From: the human T2T-CHM13v2.0 reference genome, Homo sapiens
Assembly (NCBI RefSeq): GCF_009914755.1
Contig: NC_060936.1
Length of the DNA: 64,000 nucleotides
Strand: one strand, 5' to 3'
The first letter of the stretch is position 1. Each line of letters starts with the position of its first letter. The notes under the pieces are model-generated. The model saw only the letters and a list, made by a program, of their open reading frames with translations. It had not been told where the DNA came from and made no database searches. Shown here one piece after another: positions 41,723 to 54,619 of the stretch. The translations under genes were made by a program, and so were the position numbers.

Positions 41723-43500
41723 TTGGCTGCTTAATATGATTAGACCGAAAAATGCTAAGGAGTCTACTTCTAAAAGAATGGAGAACACTGATAGTCCTTG
41801 GCATGAATTGTTTAGAAAGTTATGCAGAATAAATACATTTGGCACTCCTGAAACACCGCTCATGAGAGGCAAGAAGTTTGGTGATTCTATACATAATACC
41901 TTTGACTATGTGTGGAGAACCAAAGATTCTTTGTTTGGTTTCTCCTAAATTCACTTGACAAAGTGACGAAAGAAAATGATGAATTCAGAGATTCTAATTC
42001 CCGGCTTCAGAAGCAGATACAGAGCCTTAAATCTGCTAATATTGCCCTTAGTAAGAACCTTATCCCCTGTAGAGAAAGAGCTGAAATTGTGGAAAAACAG
42101 ACATAAGCTCTTATCATGCAACTGACTGACCTGCAATGAAAGGTGCATGCACACCCTCACCAGGTGTTTAGTATTAAAGTGACAGCATTGATTGAAAAAG
42201 AATGGGACGTGCAACTTGGAATGGGGACATGTGGGAGGACCCTGATGAAGCTGGGGACACTGAGCTTGTAAACTCTGATGAAACTTTTTTGCTGGAAGAA
42301 ACAGCTTCCCATCCCCAGTAGTGACAACATCCCCTCCCTGACCCATGCTGCCATCAGCCTTTCCATCTTTGTATGAGGAGATAAACCCTGTGCCACCTGA
42401 GGCAACAGTGATGGCCTTCCCTGAGGCAGTTGCCAGGCAAGATAATGTTGATTTTCCTCAGGAGCTACCCGAACACCCCTGTTTTCTTCTAGACCTACAA
42501 CTAGACTAAAGTCCCAGCAGGCCCCTAGTGGTGAGGTTCAGAGTGTGACCCATGAGGAGATATGCTATGCTGATAAAGTACTGCTTGAGTTTTCTAATTT
42601 ATATAAGCAGAAATCTGGAGAACAGGCATGGGAATGGATATTAAGAGTGTGGGATAATGGTGGAAGGAACATAGAGTTGGATCAGGCTGTGTTAATTTGG
42701 GTCCACTAAGTAGCGACTCTGCATTTAATGTTGTAGCTCAGGGAGTTAAAAAGGTTCTAATAGTTTATTTGCTTGGTTAGCTGAAATATGAATAAAAATG
42801 TGGCCCACTGTGAGCCAGCTGGAAATGCCTGATCTCACTTGGTTTACTGTAGAGAAAAGGATCCAAAGGCTTAGGGAGATTGGGATGGTGAAATGTATTA
42901 GTCACTTTGGACCTACTCATCCCAGCTGGGAGGGTCCAGAAGATATACCCTTTACCAATCCTTTGCGACATAGATTTGTGAGGGCAGCACCTGCATCTTT
43001 GCAGAGCCCTGTAATTGCTCTTCTCTGTATGTCAGTTCTAAAGGGTGAGAACCACAGTCACTCAACTACAAAATTTAAATACAACAGGAATAATTGGATC
43101 CCAAGGTGGCAGGGGCCAAATGGCAGCACTCAACCATCAAAGCCAAGGTGGTTGTAGCTACTGTAATGGACAGCAGAGGCAAAGCACCAATCAGAATAGC
43201 CTGACCTGTGTAGAGTTCTGGCATTGACTAATTAATCACAGTTTTCCTAGAAGTGAAATTGACAGGAAGCCTACTGTATTCCTACTTAATTTATATAAGC
43301 AGAAAACTTCCAGGTCAAATGGACAAAAGACTAATTTGAATTATAAAAACAGAAAATCATGGCCCCTCAATCAATTTACAGATTTGAGCCAGTTTACAGA
43401 CCCAGAACCCCTTGAAGGAAGGGGAGGCCGGGTCCCCTTGGGGAAGGACCCCACTACACTGCCAACAATTTATGCTGTTAATCTTTCTCCCATCCTTCCC
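41723..43500 (+). pseudogene. gag: Decayed HERV-L gag
   Basis: Fragmented ORFs 41667..41948, 41912..42106, 42798..43157 and 43336..43554 with stops and frameshifts. Confidence 0.8.
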
Positions 43501-43539
43501 CAAGGAGACCTTTGGCCTTTTACCAGGGTAACTGTATTG

Positions 43540-46370
43540 GGGAAAGGGAAATGATCAGACATTTTGGGGACTACTGAACACTGGCTCTGAGCTGATCTTG
43601 ATTCCAAGGGACACAAAACATCATTGTGATCCTCCAGTTAAACTAGGGGCTTATGGAGTCAGGTAATTAATGGAGTTTTAGCTCAGGTCCAACTTACAGT
43701 GGGTCCAGTGGGTCCCCAGACTCATCTTGTGGTCATTTCCTTAGTGCAAGAATGCATAATTGGCACAGACATTCTTAGCAGCTGGTGTAAGCCCCACATT
43801 GGCTCCCTGACTGGTAGGGTGAGGATTATTATGGTAGGAAAGGCCAAATGGAAGACATTAAAGCTGCCTTTACCTAGAAACATACTAAATCAAAAACAGT
43901 ATTGGATCCCTGGAGGGATTACAGAGACTAGTGACACCATCAAGGATTTGAAAGACACAGAGGTGGCGATTCCCACCACATTCCCATTCAACTCTCCTAT
44001 TTGGCCTCTGCAGAAAATAGATGGATCTTGGAGAATGACAATGGATTATCATAAACTTAACCAAGTGGTGACTCCAGTTGCATCTGCTGTGCCAGATGTG
44101 GTTTCATTGCTTGAGCAAATTAACACATCTCCTGGTACCTGGTATGCAGCCATTGACTTGGGGAATATCTTTTTCTCCATTCCTGTCCATAAGGCCCACC
44201 AGAAGAAATTTGCCTTCAGCTGGCAAGACCAGCAATATACCTTTACTGTCCTACCTCAGGGGTATATCAACTCCCTGGCTTTGTGTCATAATCTTAGTCA
44301 GAGAGATCTTGATTGCTTTTCACTTCAACAAGATATCACACTGGTCCATTACACTGATGGTATTATGCTGGTTAGATCCAGTGAGCAAGAAGTATCAAAC
44401 ACACTGGACTTATTAATGAGACGTTTGTGTGCCAGAGGATGGGAAATAAATCTGACTAAAATTCAGGGACCTTCTACCTTCGTAAAATTTCTAGGGGCCC
44501 AGTGGTGTGGAGCCTGTCAAGATATTCCTTCTAAGGTGAAGGATAAGTCGCTGCATTTGGCCCCTCCTACAACCAAGAAAGAGGCACAATGCCTAGTGGG
44601 CCTATGTAGATTTTGGGAGCAACACATTCCTCATTTGGGTGTGTTACTTTGGCCCATTTATCAAGTGGCCTGAAAGGCTGCCAGTTTTGAGTGGGGTCCA
44701 GAACAGGAGAAGGCTCTGTTCAAGCTCTGTCCAAGCTGCTGTATAAGCTGCTCTGCCACTTGGGACATATGACCCAGCAGATCCAATGGTGCTTGAGGTG
44801 TCAGTCGCAGATAGGGATGCTGTTTGGAGTCTTTGGCAGGCCCCCCTAGGTGAATCATAGCGGAGGCCTCTAGGATTTTGGAGCAAGGCCCTGTCATCTT
44901 CTGCAGATAACTACTTTCCTTTTGAGAGACAGCTCTTGGCCAATTACTGGGATTTGGTGGAAACTGAACGTTTGCCTATGGGTCATCAAGTCATCATGTG
45001 ACCTGAACTGCCTATCATAAACTGGGTGCTTTCTGACCCATCTAGCCATAAAGTGGGTTGTGCACAGCAGCATTTCATCATCAAATGGAAGTGGTATACA
45101 CGTGACTGGGCTGGAGCAGGTCCTGAAGGCACAAGTAAGTTACATGTGGAAGTGGCTCAAATGCCCGTGGTCTCCACTCCTGCCACCCTGCCTTATCTCC
45201 CCCATCCTGCACCAATGGCCTTATGGGAAGTTCCCTATGATCAGTTGACAGAGGAAGAAAAGACTAGGGCCTGGTTCCCAGATGGTTCTGCACGATATGC
45301 AGGCACCATTCAAAAGCAGACAGCTGCAGCACTATAGCCCCTTTCTAGGACATCCTTGAAGGACAGCGGTGAAGGGAAATCTTCCCAGTGGGCAGAACTT
45401 TGAGCAGTGCACTGTTTGTGCTCTTTGCAAGAAAGGAGAAATGGTCAGCTGTGTGATTATGTACTGATTCGTGGGCTGTAGCCAATGGTTTGGCCTGATG
45501 GTCAGAAACTTGAAAGAAGCATGATTGGAAAATTGGTGACAAGGAAATTTGGGGAAGAGTGGATGGACCTCTCTTGAGTCAAAAACTGTGAAAATATTTG
45601 TATCCCATGTGAGTTCTCACCAATGGGTGACCTCAGCAGAGGAGGATTTTAATAGTCAAGGGGATAAAATGACCCATTCTGTGGGACACCACCCAGCCTC
45701 TTTACCCAATCACCCCTATCATTGCCCAATGGGCCCATGAACAAAGTGGCCATGGTGGCAGGGATGGAGGTTTCACATGGGCTCAGCAACATGGACTTCC
45801 GCTCACTAAGGCTGACCTGGCTACGACCACTGCTGAGTGCCCAATTGCCAGCAGCAGAGACAAACACTGAGCCCTCAACATGGCACCATTCCTCGGAGTA
45901 ATCAGCCAGCTACCTGATGGCAGGTTGATTATATTGGACCTCTTCCATTATGGAAAGGGCAGAGGTTTGTCCTCACTGGAATAGACACTTACTCCAGATA
46001 TGGGTTTGCCTATCCTGCACCCAATGCTTCTGCGAAGACTACCACCCATGGACTCACAGAATGCCTTATCCACTGTCATGGTATTCCACATAGCATTGCC
46101 CCTGACCAAAACACTCACTTTACGGCTGAAGAAGTGTGGCAGTGGGTTCATGCTCATGGAATTCACTGGTCTTGCCATGCTCCCCATCATCCTGAAGCAG
46201 CTGGATTGATAGAATGGTGGAATGGTCTTTTGAAGTTACAATGCCAACTAGGTGACAATACTTTGCAGAGCTGGGACAGAGTTCTCCAGAAGGCTGTGTA
46301 TGCTCTTAATCAGCGTCCAATATATGGTACTTTCTGTTTCTCCCATAGCCAGGATACACAGGCCCAGGAA
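43540..46370 (+). pseudogene. pol: Decayed HERV-L pro-pol
   Basis: Protease GLLNTGSEL (~43568); 324-aa ORF 43699..44673 with FNSPIWPLQK, WRMTMDYHKLN, LPQGYINS, HYTDG; RNase H WFPDGSA; integrase HPEAAGLIEWWNGLLK. Confidence 0.9.
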
Positions 46371-46479
46371 TGAAGGGGTAGAAGTGGAAGTGGCACCACT
46401 CACCATCATCCCTAGTGATCCACTAGCAAAATTTTTGCTTCCTATTCCCTCAGCATTAAGTTCCTGTTCCCTCAGCATT

Positions 46480-46730
46480 TAGCTGGCCTAGAGGTCTTCG
46501 TTCCAGAGGAAGGAACACTGCCACTAGGAGATACAACAATGATTCCATTAAACTAGAAGTTATGATTGCCACCTGGACACTTTGGGCTCTCCCTACCTTT
46601 AAGTCAACAGGAATTAGATTGTTGGTTGTGGTGATTGACCCAGACTATCAAGATGAAATTAGTCTACTACTCCACAACAGAGGCAAGGAAAAGAATGCAT
46701 GGAATACAGGAGATTCATTAGGGCGTCTCT
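46480..46730 (+). pseudogene. dut: Decayed ERV-L dUTPase
   Basis: GGAGATACAACAATGATTCCATTAAAC...CCACCTGGACACTTTGGG and VIDPDYQDEISLLLHN (dUTPase motif 3-like) downstream of integrase, the ERV-L arrangement. Confidence 0.7.
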
Positions 46731-47275
46731 TAGTATTGCCCTGCCCTGTGATTAAGGTCAATGGGAAACTACAACAGCCCAATTCAGGCAGGACTACAAA
46801 TGGCCCAGACCCTTCAGGAATGAAGGTTTGTGTCACTCCACCAGCAAAAAAAGCATGACCTGCTGAGGTGTTTCCTGAAGGCAAAGATAATACAGAGTGG
46901 GTAGTAGAAGAAGGTAGTCATCAATACCAGCTATGACCACATGATCAGCTGCAGAAGTGGGGACTGCAATTGTCATGAGTATTTCCTCCTTCTTTTGTTA
47001 AAAACATGTTTGTGCATATATACACTTGTACTAAGAAAATACCTTCATTTTATTTTTTTCTCCTTTATCATGTGACATCAGATTTATTGACTTCAGCATT
47101 TAAGTATTGTTACTTAAATATGTAATAGCATTTGGGTTTGGGATTGGTGCATCTGGTTGTACAAAGGATAGTTGTATTCTGTTAGAGGTAATTATGACCT
47201 TATTATTGTCTTTACTTGAAGATTATATATGATCTCAGGAGATGTGTATGGGTTCAGGTTGACAAGAGGTGGACT

Positions 47276-47668
47276 TGTGATGGTTAATACTGAGTGTCAA
47301 CCTGATTGGATTGAAGGATGCAAAGTATTGATCCTGGGTGTGTCTGTGAGGGTGTTGCCAAAGGAGATTAACATTTGAGTCAGTGGGCTGGGAAAGGCAG
47401 ACCCACCCTTAATCTGAGTGGGCACCATATAATCAGCTGCCAGCATGGCCAGAGCATCAGGCAGGCAGAAAAAATTGAAAAGGCTAGACTGGCTTAGCCT
47501 CCCAACCTACATCTTTCTCTCATGCTGAATGCTTCCTGCCCTCGAATATCAGACTCCAAATTCTTCAGCTCTGGGACTCAGGCTGGCTTCCTTGCTCCTC
47601 AGCTTGCAGATGGCCTATTATGGGACCTTGTGATCATGGGAGTTAATACTACATAATAAACTCCTCTC

Positions 47669-47700
<32 letters not shown>

Positions 47701-47725
47701 GATATAGATATATATATCTCTCTCT

Positions 47726-47774
<49 letters not shown>

Positions 47775-47814
47775 CCTATTAGTTCTGTCCCTCAAGAGAA
47801 CCCTGACTAATACA
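47276..47814 (+). mobile_element. MLT2A (A1/A2) 3' LTR of the HERV-L
   Basis: TGTGATGGTTAATACTGAGTGTCAAC...AATAAA...(TA)n/(TAGA)n...GAGAACCCTGACTAATACA. Confidence 0.93.
47671..47772. repeat. Compound (TA)n/(TAGA)n microsatellite inside the LTR
   Basis: Direct reading. Confidence 0.9.
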
Positions 47815-49255
47815 TGCTGATTTATGTATTTTTAAAAAAGATACTTTTTGTTCTCTGACTCCGCTTAGATATTTTCTACTGACCTAATTTCTATTTTACT
47901 AATCCTCTTTTCTTCAGTTTTCAATCTGCTCTTAACCCATCAGTTGAATTTTTAACCTCAATTGCTGAATTTTTAAGTTTTAGAATTCCCATTTGATTTT
48001 TTTTTTGTAGATTCTGATTCTCTTTTGTAATTTCTTTATCTTGCAATATATTTCCTTGGATATTTTAATCACAGTTATTTTAATGTTTATACAGATTTTC
48101 CTCAACTTATGGTGTGGTTGCATCTCAATAAATGTATATAATACGTTAAAATTATCATGACCCAAATATGCATTTAATATACCTAACCTATCAAACATCA
48201 TAGCTTAGCCTAGTCTACCTTAAACATGCTCAGAACACTTAGATTTGCCTACAATTAGGCAAAATCATCTAATACAAACTCTAGTTATAAGAAAGTGTTA
48301 AATATTTTATGGCATTTATTAAATCTTGTTCTGAAAGCAAAAGAGCAAAATGGTTTTATGGATAATTGAAGTATGGTTTCTACTGCATGCGTATTGCTTT
48401 TACACCACTGTAAAGTCTAAAGTCAAAAAATTGTAAGTCAAGCCTTCGTAAGTCAGGGGCTGTCTGTATTTGATATCTCCTATAACTAGACCAACTAGCT
48501 AGGTCTCTTTCTCTATATTTTTTCTCTTAATTATATTTCTTGGCATACCAGGCAAATTAGCATTGATTACTCAGTAATATGCATGAATAATTATAGAATT
48601 GCGGTTGAAGTATTCCTTCTCCAGAGAGGTCTCACCATGTCCTTTGAAAATAGTCTAAATAAGGGCAGGTTTCCTGATACACTTAGGGACTTATCAGACT
48701 CAAGGCAGAGTGCAGAAATAATTTAATGAGGCTCAGTCTTACTGATTCACCTCCCTGATCCTAGCAGGTAGCTCTTTGGGAGCTTCAGCTAACACCTGGG
48801 GTGCTTACTGATGCATCTTCTCTTTTTGGTGGATTCTGAACTCCAATTTTATTTCCTTGCCACTGTAAGACAAAAATTCTATACTGCTTCTCATGGGTGT
48901 TCTTAGCTTCTTGGTCTCTTGTCCTGGGAAGCTTTAAAATATGACACGTCTGAAGTGAAAAACTCCAGAATGTCCAGCTCATTTCTCTGCACCTCACTGC
49001 TCTCCAGTATTTTGCACCCTTAAGTTGTGATTTCCTTGGCAGCTCCACAGGCTAATTTTTGTGTTTGTATCCCTATGAGTTTGGTAAAAGCTCTATTTGG
49101 GTTCTCTTTTTAGTGGTGGTTTTCAGCTCAGTTTCTCAGTGCCTCACCCACCCTGCAATATGCCAAGACTTGTCTCCTTCAGGTAGAAAGGAGAGCCTTT
49201 CATCTTTGCAATTCCATTTTCTCCACAATGTTGACTTTCAAATTCCAGTTGTTTC
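47815..49255 (-). mobile_element. Old L1ME-type 5' region (continuation of 40125-41722)
   Basis: GATATTTTCTACTGACCT...AACCCATCAGTTGAATTTTTA...TAGAATTCCCATTTG; interrupted by MER47A. Confidence 0.6.
48092..48466 (+). mobile_element. MER47A-like Tigger-family element
   Basis: CAGATTTTCCTCAACTTATG...CATCATAGCTTAGCCTAGTCTACCTTAAACATGCTCAGAACAC...CGTAAGTCAGGGGCTGTCTG, TA flanks. Confidence 0.8.
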
Positions 49256-49257
49256 AG

Positions 49258-49286
49258 CATACACATATACATATATATACACACCT

Positions 49287-49318
<32 letters not shown>
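49258..49318. repeat. (CA/TA)n microsatellite
   Basis: Direct reading. Confidence 0.85.
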
Positions 49319-50254
49319 CCCCGACACAGCCTCTTAATCCACTGATTTAGTAGGAGTGTCCAAAAATATACTATCAAGGTTTGCATACATATATGCAAAT
49401 GTACTCATACGACCACAAATTGTTCTATGTGCCAAGAGGATAAAGAAAACAGGGTACTAAGAAAACAGAAATGCAGGTAGGGAAGAGAAGATGTCTTATT
49501 CTGATTGAGTGGTCAAGGAAGGTAGTGACTTTATGACTTGTTTCTGTATCTCCATCTAGTCTTGCTATGATTTTCTTTGTAAATATGGGTAACTTCTCAA
49601 GGATTTCATGAAAGTGAGTGTCAACATGTGATTGTCACGACACTGAAAATATATCTTCAAGAAAGAGAATTGTTAATGAAACAGGAATCATGAATAAGAT
49701 TTCCTAAATATATCATAATTTTATTTTTCAAGTGGTGAATCGTTAAGTCTGTGTCTGACTGTATTTGCTTTAATGCTTGTACCATGTCAGAGTGAAGTAA
49801 AATGCCAGTGATGCTGTATTTCCTGATTTTTTTCCCAACTCATTAGGAAACAATCATGAAAGAAATAGCTCCATGGTTACCCAAGGTAAGAACTGGTAAT
49901 TCACACTCAAATTGCTTGGATTTGAAATTGCAGTTTCTACCCATGTCATGGGGCTGCGTTTTAAAAAACTATCTCCAAATTTGAAACTACACCATAAACC
50001 CTTCATCCCTTTTCTCAGTTATGGTCCCTCTCTACAGAACTACACAAAAAGTTTATTTTTAATGTTTCTTAAATGAGTAAAGGCTGAAAAACCCCTTAAA
50101 GATGAGAAAATAAATACACGCAGAGACTCTTTTTCTATTACTGCTCCTCCTAGCAACACCCACCTTCCAAAGTGGTAAAATTGACAACTCTGCTACTTCT
50201 GATTTAGGGGTTGAAATCACACCCTCAATCAGAGAGCATCCCTAACATTGATGT

Positions 50255-50610
50255 TGATATGATTCGGCTGTGTTCCCATCCAAATCTCACCTTGAATTGT
50301 AATAATCCCCATGTGTCAAGGGTGGGGCCAGGTAGAGATAATTGAATCATGGGGGCGGTTTTTCCCATACTGTTCTCATGGTAGTGAATAAGTCTCAGGA
50401 GATCTGATGGTTTTATAAATGGGAGTTCCCCTGAATAAGCTCTCCTGCTTGCTGCCATGTAAGATGTGACTTTGCTCCTTATTCACCTTCCGCCATTACT
50501 GTGAGACTTCCCCAGTCAAGTGGAACTGTGAGTCAATTAAACCACTTTCCTTTATAAATTACCCAGTCTTGACTATGTCTTTGTTAGCAGCATGAGGACA
50601 GACTAATACA
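50255..50610 (+). mobile_element. THE1 (B/C-like) solo LTR
   Basis: TGATATGATTCGGCTGTG...GAGATCTGATGGTTTTATAAA...GACAGACTAATACA; TSD GATGT/GACAT. Confidence 0.9.
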
Positions 50611-51390
50611 GACATCAACCTGTGGTTTCCACCCAGACCAAAAATAGGATAATTAGTGTTTTCTTTTGGTAAAGGCAGAAGAAACCTGATGAAAAAATGT
50701 GTCATGATCCATCCCAGCTACGTATCTCCCTTGTTTCTTGGGTCCAAACAGTGTACATAGCATGTAGGTGCTTACAGCATCATCTCTATCTGTTCCTGCT
50801 AACATCTAGAGCTCCCAAAAATGAGAGATAAAGCAAGTCAGTGATACCATTTCTTGTCTAAATTCCTTTTATTTCCCAGTCTGATTCACGAAGCAAGTGC
50901 CATCACTTTTGTGCTACTTAAGCATCAGCTGACCTGGCAAGGATGACTTTTCAAGGCTTTGAACATTTGCTTCTTAATGCACACATGGTAAGAGTTCATC
51001 ATTCATTCTTAACTATTTTTTAAAAAATAGTAACAGAGTCAGATGCTTCTCTTCTCTTTTGTGAGAATTAAATAATAATAATGTTCAAAATGTCTATATT
51101 GGTTTATTTAAAACAAGTCCCTTTAAACAGACAGAAGAACAGATCCTATACCATCTATTCTCATTAATCTCGGAAACTTCTTTAACAAATAAAAACTCTC
51201 TTGTATTTTTTGTTCTCAGCTAAAAAAAAAAAAAGAAAATACATGGCCACAAATATAAGAATTCCCATGTGTATCATCTCCTGAAATAGGCAATTTTAGT
51301 CATCAACTCATCAATTCTACAATAGCAGTACACTTGGAGCAGATGAGAGTCCCTCCCATATCTAAGCTATTAGAAAGTGCCCCCACCCCC

Positions 51391-52140
51391 GGTACATACC
51401 CAGTAATGGTATTGCTGGGTTGAATGGTATTTCTGTCTTTAGATCTTTGAGGAATCACCATGCTGTTTTCCACCATGGTTGAACAAAGTTACGCTTCCAC
51501 CAACAGTGTATAAGCGTATCTTTTTCTCCACAACCTCACCAGCATCTGTTGTTTTTTGACTTTTTAATAATAGTCTTTCTGACTGGTGTGAGAGAGTATC
51601 TCATTATGATTTTTAAAGGAATATAAATTGTTCTGTTATAAAAACACATGCACACTTATGTTCATTGTAGCAGTATTCACAATAGCAAAGACATGGAATC
51701 AGCTTAAATACCCATCAATGATAGACTGGATAATAAACACGTGGTACATATACATCATGAAATACTATCTAGCCACAAAAAAAGAATGAGATTATGTCCT
51801 TTGCCAGGACATGGATGGAGCTGGAGGCCATTATCCTTAGCAAGCTAATACAGGAACAGAAAACCAAACACTGTATGTTCTCACATAACAGGGACCTAAA
51901 TGATGAGAACACACGGACATATAGAGGGGAACAACACACAGTGGGACCTATTGGAGGATGGAGGGTGGGAGGAGGGAGAGGATCAGGAAAAATAATTAAT
52001 GGGTACTGGGCTTAATGCCTGGGTGATGAAATAATCTGTACAACAAACCCCCATGACACAAGTTTACCTATGTAACAAACCTGCATGTGTACCCTCAAAT
52101 TTAAAATAGAAGTTTACAAATAATAGAAGAAAAGAAAAAG
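51391..52140 (+). mobile_element. L1PA13-16-like 3' fragment with 5' inversion (51391-51614 inverted)
   Basis: Antisense L1 51391-51614, then sense AAAGGAATATAAA...ACAAACCCCCATGACACAAGTTTACC...A-rich tail; degenerate TSD AGAAAGTGCCCCC / AGAAAATGCTCCC. Confidence 0.85.
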
Positions 52141-53582
52141 AAAATGCTCCCTCAGTGGCCAGCAGTCAACAAATGGCAGCTATTTTTCTTCTTTCTGTCT
52201 CCACTCCCAGACCATACATTCTGTGAAATAATTTGGTTGATTTGCTTAAAATTAAGTGTGAGAGCTTAGCTATTATCATTTTGTTTCTAAGAATATGAAA
52301 GGGAAACATAAAAATTCAAAAGGCAAATGTGTTTTTTTCAAAAGAGAGGAGAGCTGAGAGAATTTGCAGAGATATTATTCTTGGTCACGGTATATGACCC
52401 CTTCAAACTTGCAGATGGCTGCTAGGGGTGATAGGAGGGGTTTTGCTTGCATGAGCTTCCAAATGCCTGCAAAAAGAAAGCACAGGTTGCTCCATAAAAA
52501 AATAAGCAAGAAAACACATATTCATGGAAAATAAGTACTGACCAACCTGACTACATGGAAAGGAATTTATGTTAATTGAGTCTCAAATGTGGGATAAGGA
52601 CATCAGAGTGTATCACTAGCTTCTTAATGCAGGTTTTTTTGGAAGGTCCTTACTCATGCCTATTTTAAGAGACGTCATACGTGGGGATTGCAGAGGTTAA
52701 CATATTTGCCTGAGGTTACACAGCTAATTCTCCTCATGGCCGAATTTGAACCCAATGAGAGCCAATACCATAGTTTATAACCTCTCCCTACAGCACACAA
52801 CCTTCCAATCAGAAGCTTCCCAAAGCCTCAAAAGCAAGTAGAATGGAGATAAATGGGCTTCTCTACAGACAAATAAAAGGTAAGAAACATGTTTACGGGG
52901 AGTTAACCTAAGTAAAACTGAATAATGAGGAGTTGTGAACTAAAAGTTATAGACCCAAAGAAATGATCCAGAGGGCTGAGGATGAAAAATCTTATGTCAG
53001 GAAGAAACTTTGTTCTTGAAGACAGCAGTTTCAAGTGTCACAACATTCATTTAATTTACAAACGCTTATTTTTCGGGCACCATAAAAAATACTTAGGTTA
53101 ATAGAGAGCTTAATTGAACATAGGTCTTTCTCTGGAAAAGCGTACCATGGAGTAGAGTAGATAGCTCCTGTCTGCAAATAGCTTGGCAAATGAAGTGGAG
53201 CCTGGGGAATACCTCATCAAGGAAGCAGGTAAGCCTCCAAATATTATCAAACAGAAAGAGTACTGAATGCAAGATGGAAAACCTTACCCCTGTCATTGTG
53301 CAAAGATAGGGCACCCCTCCTGATTATACGCTAGATAAAAAATGGACAAAAAGACTCCTATTAAGGGAAACCAAAATGCCTAAGCATGAAATAGTTTCTG
53401 AATTGTCTATAAATAATATGATTAGGATTCTGCCCTGGAATGAAAGTAGATAATATATAGTGATACCTATAAAGTTAGAATGCATATGACCTCTCAAAAA
53501 TCTAAAACTAAAGTAAGGGGCTGGTTGCTTTATGGCAAGTAGTACTTTCTACAACATTAGTTGAGATAGATTGAACATTCAC

Positions 53583-53885
53583 TCGGGACATAATGGCTCA
53601 CGCCTCTAATCTCAGCACTTTGGGAGGCTGAGGTGGGTGGATTGCTTGAGCCCAGGAGTTTGAGACCAGCCTGGGCAACATAGGGAGACTTTGTCTCTAC
53701 AAAAATAATAAAAAAAATTATCTGGACTTGATAGTGCATGCCTGTGGTCCCAGCTACTTGGGAGGCTGATGTGGGAGGTCACTTGAGCCTGGGAGGTTAA
53801 GGCTGCAGTGAGCTGTGATCATGCCATTGCACTCCAGCCTGGATGATAGAGTAAGACTGTCTCAAAACTAAAAAAACATAAACAA
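53583..53885 (+). mobile_element. AluJ
   Basis: GGATTGCTTGAGCCCAGGAGTTTGAGACCAGCCTGGGCAACATAG; GAGGTTAAGGCTGCAGTGAGCTGTGATC. Confidence 0.9.
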
Positions 53886-54619
53886 ACACACACAGAAAAG
53901 AAAAGGATCTGAAGCATTATTTTTTTCAATAGCAAAAGTTCTTTTTTACTTTTCCCCAGGTTTAATGCTCCAGAAATGTACTGTTTTTAGTTTTCATATC
54001 TACTTTTTATGACAGTTCTCTCTTCCTTGCTGTTAGATATTACTTTTGGCCTCCATCAATATTTATTCCCTTTTTTTCCTCTTTTAATGAAATCATCTTA
54101 ATTTGTTGTAAGCTTGGAAACCAGATAATTAAGTTTGTTAGAATTCGATGTAGATCAAGAGTTGGTTCCAAAAGCATTGTAAGTACTTACAAATAGTAGA
54201 CACTTGCCAACATTGCCTGAGTGATTACATTTTCCAAGAGTATTTTTACTGTCAGGATCATAGCAGTGATGCCACTGATCCAATAATCACTAAGAGCCTA
54301 AGCACAATATAACCATAGATCATATTTCAATTTAATCAAAATCTGTCTTATTTCATGGCCTGTGCTAATTTATACTTCTTAATTCATTTCATGAGTCCCC
54401 TACTATTCCATTGGAATTGTATTTCTAAGTCTTTAAACCAGCTATTTCTATTATGTTCCTTTAGCCTCAGCCAATATTTTTGACCACCCAACCAGTCCAG
54501 TAAGAATGAAGTCTGGATAGCACCTTCTCATTTATGAACAATGGAAGGTCTGACCAGGGTAGTGTTTATGGGAGAGGAATAAAATGAAAGGACACTTCAG
54601 AACCATAATTATTAAGACT

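Larger units (their letters stand above)
41723..47275 (+). mobile_element. HERV-L internal region (gag-pro-RT-RNaseH-IN-dUTPase, no env), 5' LTR absent
   Basis: Gag start WLLNMIRPKNAK...DSPWHEL; RT; WQVDYIGPLP integrase motif; post-IN dUTPase; PPT GACAAGAGGTGGACT before the LTR. Confidence 0.95.
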
